This document shows, piece after piece, positions 13,601-23,900 of a stretch of 64,000 nucleotides of DNA. The stretch's first letter is position 1. The number at the start of each line of letters is the position of its first letter. This DNA is from Catajapyx aquilonaris. Taxonomy: Eukaryota. Position numbers and translations under genes: made by a program. The stretch lies in the NCBI GenBank assembly GCA_000934665.2, contig JYFJ02001120.1, positions 1 through 64,000 of the forward strand, written 5' to 3'. The notes under the pieces are model-generated. The model saw only the letters and a program-made list of their open reading frames with translations. It had not been told where the DNA came from and did not search any database.

Positions 13601-14836
13601 GATGGTAATAGTTACTGACATCACAATGGCTTGCAACAAAATGTTCATCCCAGATCCAGACATATAGTGTGGTTATTGTGGTTGATTAGACGAAGGACCG
13701 TATAATAACCAACACAATGAATCCCTTGAAACCGTGGGTGTCGATCAGGAGCCATGCCTTCTCCCATCGGGCACAGTACCGAACTTCGCATGTCTGCCGA
13801 CCCTTATTATTAGTGAACAGACTCGTCGTCAGCAGCCAGAGAAATCCCACTCATTTTCCGCAATCGTCCCACGCAGGCTCTGCAGAGGATTTGCCTCTGG
13901 AGTGTTTGCTTCTGCTCAGATAATGAAATTTTGTACAAGTCCCACACAGTATATACAAGTATATTCCGTGCGTTCCCTCAGAATGGAAACTCTCTTGGCA
14001 GCAGACGGTTTCGAATTGATTGACTGATTGAATCAACAGCGGACGTATTAGGACGTGGGCACGTTCCTTCCACGTGCCCACCATTCATCCCACTTGGCAT
14101 TCGATCGCACTAGGGTGCCTCATATTTGAAGCAAAAAGTTGGAGAAAAATGAGAAAAAAAACTGATAGTTACGTAATCATTTTTCAAGCATACCGGTACC
14201 TCCTGGGTGGCAAAAAAAGAGAGGGTATAGTCATTTCCCGTCACAAGCCGGCGTATTCAACCCCCTGTGTAATGGGTTTCTTCCCGGATGAAGCAGTAGT
14301 CTCTGGCCTTAATTACAACTCCGGACACTTGATTTGCTCTATTGTGTACCGTACGTAATTTCTGAAGAAAAAAAAAAGTGTATAAGGGCGACGACCTTGT
14401 GGAGAAGTCGTATGGTGGACACGTGTTCGAACAACGTGAGTGGGCACACATCAAATTGGTGATCACTGATTAGTCAACAATGTTATGGCTCGTGTGACAC
14501 AAGGAGCGGAGAGAGAGAGAGAGAGAGAGAGAGAAATAATAATAATAAAATCGATGGAATAATGTGACTGACGTCAATGACGCTTCCAGGTTTAGCTTCG
14601 ATAATAACGTTTATTAAGTGACGTGGAGTTGGCACCGGCTTCACTATATCGTGTCTATGCCACATTTCGGTACGCCAACAGCCAGGGCGGTTTATTTTTA
14701 GGTCAATTGTGATTAATTGATTTAGGTCCATTATTAAAGGGAAAAAAGTACTGGCAGGGATGTGCCGATACGCACTTAATGACGTTGGTCGCAAAGACTG
14801 TTCAACAAAAACTTGCCCACATGTGCACGTCGCGAC

Positions 14837-14931
<95 letters not shown>

Positions 14932-17900
14932 CACGAAGGCTATGAAGCGTATACAAAATGATAGGGAAAGAGTGACTCAGCTATCATGTGTGTCACTCCA
15001 TATCGATGGAGATAATAAGTGCCACGTTCCCAGTAGCATCGAATTTTATCCCAGTTGCTATCGAGAAGTCAGGATGGCCGAGCGGTCCAAGGCGCTGCGT
15101 TCAGGTCGCAGTCCGGTTCTCCGGGCGTGGGTTCGAATCCCACTTCTGACAATACGTTTTTTTAAAAATCCTTCTATCTCCGGAAAATCGCACAAAAATT
15201 AGTCAGCGCAACTGATTAAATGAAGAGTATGCACTATCTTTATTGCCTTGTAAAATAATTCCAAACCATGCATAGTAACTGCATGGCAACAAACTGGCGA
15301 GAACGGTAATTTTAATGCCGGTATCCCAAAATAATCGACCTGAATACATTTAGTCGACTCCAGAGTGGTCAACCTTTCTGACACCTAGATGCCGCATATT
15401 GCATCATTAATATCAGCGAAAATGGCCAAGTACTCCTCCTGTCCAGATAACCTCCAAAATGAGGCTAAGGGGTCACCAGCGAAACCTTGCGTGATTTTTA
15501 TCGTGGGTGGTATGACCCCTTCAGAAAAACCCCTTTTATGGAACCATATCGCCCTCAAGTTTTTTATATTCCTCCTTAGCGAATCACGCGAAGTGGTGCT
15601 GGTGCACAAGGAGTTCCAAACACTGCCTCTTTGATGTCCACAACAAAAGCAGTTCTGAACCACCTTATATAAGCGTACAAATTGGCTATATATAGACACC
15701 CGCAACAAATCCTTCTTTTTTCTCGTATTTTTTTAGTCCTCTGTTACGAAACCTTCTAAGGCCTTCTTACACAGTGTAACACTGTAGACTCAGATTCAGC
15801 TCACCAGGAAGAACCGCACAAAAAAAACAAAAAAAAATGATGGGAGCAGCCAGCATATACAGATATGTCATGACGTTGATAAAACCTATAAATAGACACA
15901 AGGTAAATAGCTTGATAACACTTGAGTGGATGGGTGTGGGCACATACGTCAAAGCAACAAACATCCCTCATGGCTTCCAGTTCGTTTCTCTCCTGACCTT
16001 CACCCTCCTCTTCATTAGCGATGTCCCCTTTGATTCACGCCCAGAATAGAGACGCCCTAATGGAGTCTTCCGCTATATGCACACATCATGTTCCGTTCCA
16101 AGAAAATATGGCATAATCAACAATGTGCTTGTCAACAATGGGCACATTTGTACAGTTTCTCCTACTATAGACAACTTTGTCTGATAAACGACGTGCGTTC
16201 ATTCAAGCCAATAAAACCTGTTCACTAAACCTGCTCCCACGTCGATAAAGTTTATTTTGAAACCCAATACGCCTTTCATACCCAGTTTATTTTTTCTCTA
16301 GAAATTTTCCCCAAACAATCCCAGCGCATTAAATATAGACCGAAAATATGGAGAGAGATAAGATATAGTCCTCTCCATCGATCTCCAAAGCAGCCCACGG
16401 ACAATTTACCCCCCTCCCCCTATACACTTGAAAGGAAAATGAAGACGCCAGTTTGCGCACATACTCTAGGCAGGACAATGGGGCCAACCTGGCAGAAAAA
16501 GCGACGTGAGATGGTGTACCTGCACATCCCAAGCCCCTTTATAAAAATGCATCATAATATACTTTGCGTCAACGGACACTTATTGCGAGTCCCGGCAGCT
16601 CCCATTGTTCTATAGTTTTATTATTAGCAGTAAGCAGAAGAGACAGGCAGCGAAATAAAGTGACGTGTACGGCGGAAGTTCGGTGAGAGAAAACCATGAC
16701 GCAGGTTCGGCTGCACCATGTGAGTGTGACCAAGCCTTGATCGTTGGTTGAGAAAGGTCACGGAAAACTTTCCACTTTTTCCACATATGGACGACCGATC
16801 CGGTTTTTTTTTTCTTCGTTTGACTCACTGGTGCAATAAACGACCAAACACTGACGTTACACCATAATATTACTCTCAGATAACATCAGACAGGTGCCTT
16901 AAAATAAGTCGAATAACCCCCCAAAAATAGCCCAAACTGGGGCATAAAAAGGCCCGCTATTATGAACGATAACTATCTCAATTCAAACATTCAAACATGC
17001 AGTCCTAATATATTAAAGTGGCGTACTGCATACTGAGCTGATAAGATTGAGCGTGGGATGTGCTTCCTAATCAACCAGCACACGTCATCATACACCGTAC
17101 ACAACATGTGGCCCAAAATTCAAGCGTCATACAGTATACCTGCACACATGAATATGATTCACCCTTAGTACATACGCTGACATTCCAACACCATGCATGT
17201 GCGTCCACGTGACTTATTTTTTGGGTCGATCCCTGAGGCTAAATTATCCGTCTCGCCAATAGTCAACGTGGGTTGTCGGTACCGCGCAGCGCCATTCGCC
17301 GGCTGGCAAAGGCAAGGGCCTCTGACGTCAATGGCCCAAAGGCTCTCAGGGTTCCTGCCCACAAAATGCTCCCGTGGGGGCTCCCATCTGGTTAGATCGG
17401 TCCGACAACGTGTCCTGGACAGAAGTGCTTGTTTCGCTCTTGGGTCACCACGGACGAGCTGGTGGTCTTAGGTACCCGGGTGCAACTTAGGGACAGGAGG
17501 GAAGACACGTACCGGCTGACCGGAAAGGTTGGTATTGATATCAATTGAAATCGATGTGCATGTGTTTCACTGGTGACAACTTCTAGTCCACGCTGGGTCC
17601 TCCTGCGGCTACCGACTGGCACCCTGCCATGATGCCGGACACACTGATGGCGTCCAAATCAGAGCCAGCTACCACCTCAGCATCCACATCAGACCAACCG
17701 TCCGCATCCGGAACATCCCCGCAGTACCTGGAGGACACGTACGATCTGCTGTTCCAGCGGTACGTCAACGGCCTGAGTGAAGTGATCAAGGGCAAGGAGC
17801 AGCAGGCACCTGAAGGTTCCAACAACAACAGAGGGTACTGCAACAACAACCAGTACCACCACCACCACAACGGGTTCCGTCTGGAGGCGGACCAGGCGCT

Positions 17901-20900
17901 GAGGAAGAACAAGGTGCTCAAGATGGACACTTCTGGCGATCCGATGGAGCACGGCGCCCTGCTGGCCCAGCTGCAAGGGGTCACCTTAAAGGACGCGGTC
18001 AGCAACCCGATTATCACCTTCAGCCACGTGGAAGATTCGGCCACCGGACCCGAACCTGAAGATCTGCCCGAAGAAGTCCAGTCGCCCGAAGTGGAGTTCG
18101 CCGAGGTGGATCTGGCCGAGGGCAGCGGAAGAACTAGTCCGATGCTAGAGGTGCCAAAGATGGACCTCAGCATGGAGTGCAAGAGGCCGCCGTTATAGAC
18201 AGTGGCAAAGTGACATTTCTGGACTTTTGTGACCAATGTTAACCTCATGTTATAACCAGGCTCAGTGGCGTCATATGTACTACAATAATGTGTGCTTCGG
18301 AAAAAAAAAAAAAAAAATCTAATTCTTTCCTCCTTGCTTGACACTTTTATGAGGCGCGGTGAGGCTCTCGTGTATAATGAAACCGCCAGCACTGGTTTTT
18401 TGTAGATATATTACTTTGTACCTCGCAAGTGTTACCGCGAGGACGTCACTGTATTTACATATTCTTCTTATATACCATAAAATGGTATGACTATGTATCT
18501 CCCTCCCCCCCTGAACCGCCGCTTTTTTCGACTATTAAAAAACATTCCGGCAAAAATATCAAGGCGTTTTTTGTGTGGAATTGAGGGGAAAGGTCACGGT
18601 CATCCCAGCCAGCCTGCGCACCATCATTAATTCACAGCCCTCCGTTACAGTATAGTCTTTGACACTGTTCCACCCGACTTGCTACAGGAAGAAAAGTCAG
18701 GCCTTAAAGGTGAGAGCCTGCCTTTTGAACAGCCGACGGTGGGGGGTTCCAATTGTGTGTGACAAGAGCTGACTGCGTCATCCCTTCGCCCTGTCCTGCG
18801 TCACAAGTGTCACGACTGATTAATTCCATGCACTGCTCTTAACCAGCGTGGTTATGTGCATTGTCGCACGTCCTCGACCGATCCGGCCCCGATATAGATG
18901 AGAGTGGCCATGGATTTCTGTCATTGGTATTTGGGTCGTCCCCATTGGGGTCCAGCAAATGACGTCAACGGGTCATCCCCAATGGTCACAAAATTTTGGC
19001 AGCCCAGCCAGATAAAACATCAGCTGCATCGTGTTACCTGCCATCCTATGTAATATATTACAAGCTTGTCACCTTTTGACGCAAGCTTTCTTCCTGGACG
19101 AAATGTGCCAACACCTCAACCGGAACCCCCGAAAATAGAGTACAGGCATGCACGACATGAAGGGCGCGGCACCCTTAAATTTTTCGCCGTACACATGTCA
19201 TATGCAGGTGGTACTTTTGAGCACGGATTTATGTTCGAAGCAAATTTGGCTCGATCGCGTGTTAGGCTTTTTTTTCTTGCTGTGTGGCAGATACAAATCT
19301 GTAAAAAGAACCCACACCTTGTGACGTCAACGTAGTTTTAGGTTCATTGATGAGGGGCATCCCGCGGTGGGTGCGGTTACCCTGGAAACTTTTCATTACT
19401 CCCATCTTGGTTGGTCGATGCGATATACCAAAAATAGAGCGGCGTATAGAGCCAGGAAGTGGCATAATGTATTATCCATCCTATAAGAAGTTGTGATTGC
19501 TGCTTCCGACTTATTGGGTTCTTCAAAAATTGTTGCTGAGGTGATCAATCTACCGCCCACAGGCCCACTTGAACTTGAGATTTGGTCAGTGAACGGGTCA
19601 GTGAACCATAAGAAGTATAATGGCCTATAGACATCAGTCAATACCCTCCATAAGTTGAACTCAAATCCAATTTAAAAGCTGGTCATAGCAACCTTGTCTG
19701 AAGATCAGTCAACAAGACCATGCATTAAAGACCGGTGCAAGGGACCCACATTGTACATCCACCGCGACGGACCTGGTACGTCGCTGCGAAATCACGTCCC
19801 ATTATGCAAATTTATTATCGGGTACACGTACGTGGTTAGGTAACACCACGCAAATGCCCGGAAGAAAACAAAAAAAAATGCTGTTTGACCACCAGTCAGC
19901 TGTGACGTTTCTCAAGTGCACAGTATATATTTAGCCACCTTTTTTTCCTCCGTCTATAGTTTATAATAGGCGGAAGTGACGTCCAAAAGAAGGTAACCAT
20001 GGGATACGGGTTACCGTGTCACAGCTGATTTGGATATATTTTCCGCCTGTTTGTAGGTCGGAACCGGTCGGAATCTCCATGCAAATTAGATCTAGCGATA
20101 ATGTTGGCAGTGGTCATGGAACTGTCTACATGCGGTATGTACAGGACGTATACAATAGGCAAGTGCCCATTAAATTAAGCGACGGTACATAAAAATATGC
20201 TGAGCATTAAAATCGGCACCTTTGACGTTACTCGCGACCTTGCAACCTCCGACTGCAGAAGGGTGGCGTGACATATACAAGTGTCCTTTTCCACGGCCTC
20301 AGTTGTAAATACCTGCAGGTTTTTGGAGAGCTCTATTATTTTCTTCCCTGCACCACAAAGTGACGTCAAACACCGAGGTTTCGGATGGCTTGTCACGGCC
20401 TCAGATGATCCGTATAACCCGCCTTAAACCGCGTTCATTACGCCAAATTAATGCGCACTTCTACGATGTAATAGTGGATTTTCGGTGGTGTTATAGGCTA
20501 TGAACCAAGTGGTGCTTGGGGTTCTCGAATGAAGAATCGGTCTTATTAACCCATTAACAGGTCTACGCTCCACCAGCATCAAGTGGACAGAACAGTGACC
20601 TAGCATGACCTTTAAAAAAAATGACACGCTCGTCGCATTATATTGGGTCGTAAACTACAAACGAAGACATTTGGACAAACCAATCGGCTGCTACAAAAAA
20701 AAAAAAAAAAATGGTCCTTTTGATCTCGTTATTGCAGACTTAATGGGCTCCCTGCTTCCTCCGTTGTCATGTAAAACACCGGTACCTGCCGCTTTTGTGC
20801 AGGGTAATGCAATATCCCCCTGGCAAAAGGTGCTCCCTTAGTAACCTACGCACTAATTACAATTTCAAACCACTCATTCATTATAGTTGCACACACACAC

Positions 20901-23900
20901 ACACACACTCGACCCCCCCGACCGCGAAGGTCATTTCCGGAGTCTCATGTGACTCGTCGCGTCATCGGCTGCTGGGCAGGCGTGCTTGTTAGTCACGCTA
21001 CTTCGGATCCAAGTCACTTAGGGTAATAGGCTGTAATCACTTTTAGGCCTAATGTTCGAAGTGAATGGCTGCATTATTTTTCAGGCTGCCGTACGGCCAC
21101 GTTTCCATGGCGACTTTTGTGTGCGAGGTGTGGGTGTCAGCCGGTACACGTAGGCGCCAAGGGTATTACTTTGTATAAAATTCGCCTCCTGATACTGTTG
21201 TTTATTCAACCGAAAAGACAGGTAGTGATTATATAGGCCAGTGGGACGCCGATCCCAAATGAATACTGAGCAACCTTGACAGTCTGAACCACAATGGTTT
21301 GAGTTCGACTCGATCATCGATCAGCTGACTGTTTCCGGGATTTCACTCTTAATCCGATTGCGTGTACCCATGCAGTCCCAATCTCGGTCCACTCAGCCAA
21401 TCACATAATATTATTATGCTTTTTTTTTTTGCTTACATAACCCAGCCAGCCTGGACAAGTAGTACTGATAGAAAGTTCTACACACCTACACACCTTGAAA
21501 GGATCTGATATTTCTAGAAAGACCATGAATATTTGTAGGTCACATGTAGTAGCGAGGTACAATTTGTAAATAATATTTCGCCGACTTCCTGCAGCAGAGA
21601 GAGTTGTTTCTCTTCCCAATCACATCAACAGTGTCGACCCTCGCCTTCTATTTACGGAGGCGTTTTAAGTGAAAAGCGATATCTCCGGGAGTCGAAGGAA
21701 AAACAGCTCCCGTGCATGCGAGCGCTATTTCTATTCCCAAATAGAAATCCGCGACTGGTATCCCCCCCCCCCCCTCCCCCATTAAAAAAAAAGGCCCGCC
21801 CACCCAAATCGATAGCATAAAAGGTAGTAAACGACAGGCGCTTACAAGTTAGTAGAGTACTCTAAAGCCTCGTAATTACAACAAGCACCTGCTTATTTAA
21901 CCCACCCTCGCTCACCCTCTGCTTTGACTATAGACAAAAGGGGTACAGTCTCGGGTACTGTATAACCTAACCAGCAACTTCCGATTGCAAAGCCATTGAC
22001 GTCAAGGCAGTGTCAGCCGCATTGGCAAACTCGCGCCATCTGCTGGCAGCGACGTTAGTTGGAGATCCATCTCTCGGTGCCGTTGGAATGACTTGGATGT
22101 TTTTTGTTTTTTTTTGAAAAATGAAAAATGAAAAATGAAAAATGAGAAATGAAACTCACCTTGACGTATTGGCGCAGCACGTGTCGGAGTATGTTGGGAG
22201 GGGCGTCTCTCAGCAGGGGGTCTAGGGAAGGTAGGTGGACGCACATCTGGAGGACCAGCTTCAGGGCGCTCTTGGCCTGCTTCTTCAGGTCGTCGGAGCC
22301 ACGAGGTGACAGGTACAGCTGCAAGTGGCAATTAGATCATGAGGACTATGAATTTCCACATTACAAAGACATTTCAGTAGGCTACTTATTTCTTTCAACG
22401 CAATACCATTGCTTATTATAACAATTACTGAAAAGGTATTGGAAGTGTTAAGTTGACCATCGGGGATAGGACCCCCGATAGGGCCGCATTTGAAAGCGAT
22501 AGAAACGCGAGCAGTCAGGATGGCCGAGCGGTCTAAGGCGCTGCGTTCAGGTCGCAGTCAGGTTCTCCGGGCGTGGGTTCGAATCCCACTTCTGACAAAC
22601 GTGTTTTTAAAAAGTGTTTCAAAATACGTGTCATTGTTTTGTGATGCAGTCATCCCATTATTATTCTTTGGACGTAACATTCCTATTATTGTACAGTACT
22701 TTTATTAGGGAAATAACTAACAGAAGGGTGGAGTCTCCTATTCTTGACACTGACCCAAACGTGTACAATACTTCCACTGCTAGTAGTATTTTGCATTCTT
22801 TTATTCAGATACCCTCGCACATACTGCACTCTTATGCACTATGTGATTCACATTTTAGGAGGACCACACTGGAGAAAGTCAACAAATTATTGGCATTCCG
22901 ATCGTCCGTTCCTTTCCATTTGTCGTAACACCTACGCTGCTTACGGTTAATGCTAATGAATTGCTGGTGGGAGTATAATGAACCAAAAGCCGGTTATTTG
23001 TCTTCAAATTAATGGGTGCACTTGCACTTTATGCAGATAACCTAGGCCTATATCATATTAGGCCTTCAAATTAATGAACGAATGCAGATAACCTATTCTC
23101 CATTTTAAAACTTGCATCACCCTAATACAGTATATGGCCTGTAATCAGTAAGTCTTGGAAGACTTCCAATTATAATGTGCATTACATTTGCATAACTGCC
23201 CAAATGTAAGCCACAACCATTTAACTTCTTCTATCAGTGGTCCTATGGTGTAATGGTTAGTAGGTACTCTGGACTCCGAATCCAGCGATCCCACAGTACA
23301 AATCTGGGTGGCCCTTTTCTGATTTCTTTTTTCAAATCAGAAAAGAAAAATACTGTACGTATTTTAAATACTGTTCGAGTACGTTGCTGTCTTTACGAAA
23401 CAACCGGCTAACCGCCTGGAGACTATAACCAGTAATGCAGTAAACTCTCGATTATCCAGACTAAATGGGACCAGAAGGCGTGTATCACAAATTTTCCTGA
23501 TATTGCTAAAGCCACGAAAACTCAGGATTATGAAGTACCTGCAAGAGCGCCGGAAAGACTCCAGTGAGCGCCACCTCCCTGGCGTGCTCGGCCGAGTGCC
23601 TCCCGACCTGTCCGATGGCCCACGCGGTGGCTGACAGCACGTGGTCCTCCTTCTCCTCCTGCAGAGCTTGGGCCAGCTGCTTCCCTCCCTGGGAGGCCAG
23701 CAGGGCCATGGCCAACGGGTCAGAGTGGGCTCCGATGTAACCTAGGGCCAGGATCCCCGGCAACCTAACGGAGCTCTGATTCTGGGCGACAAAGTGCACC
23801 AGCATGCCCAGCCCACCTGCGTTGACCACCAGCTGGGCCAGCTCAGGGCTGTGCTTGACAATCTCCCTGACCAGAATGGCCGCGTTGCGACGGACGTACT

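Noticed and set aside
14483..15202. ORFs with poly-Ile or poly-Asn runs
   Set aside because: Translation artefacts of the (AAT)30 microsatellite; one also reads through a tRNA gene.
17583..18392. 269-aa minus-strand ORF, and similar long shadow ORFs over SPAG6 and RhoGAP exons
   Set aside because: Antisense or alternate-frame shadows of GC3-rich coding sequence, with no independent signals.
23239..23314. Anticodon-switched functional tRNA (Gln body, CCG anticodon)
   Set aside because: Insertions, a broken B-box/T-loop and a damaged acceptor stem indicate a pseudogene.
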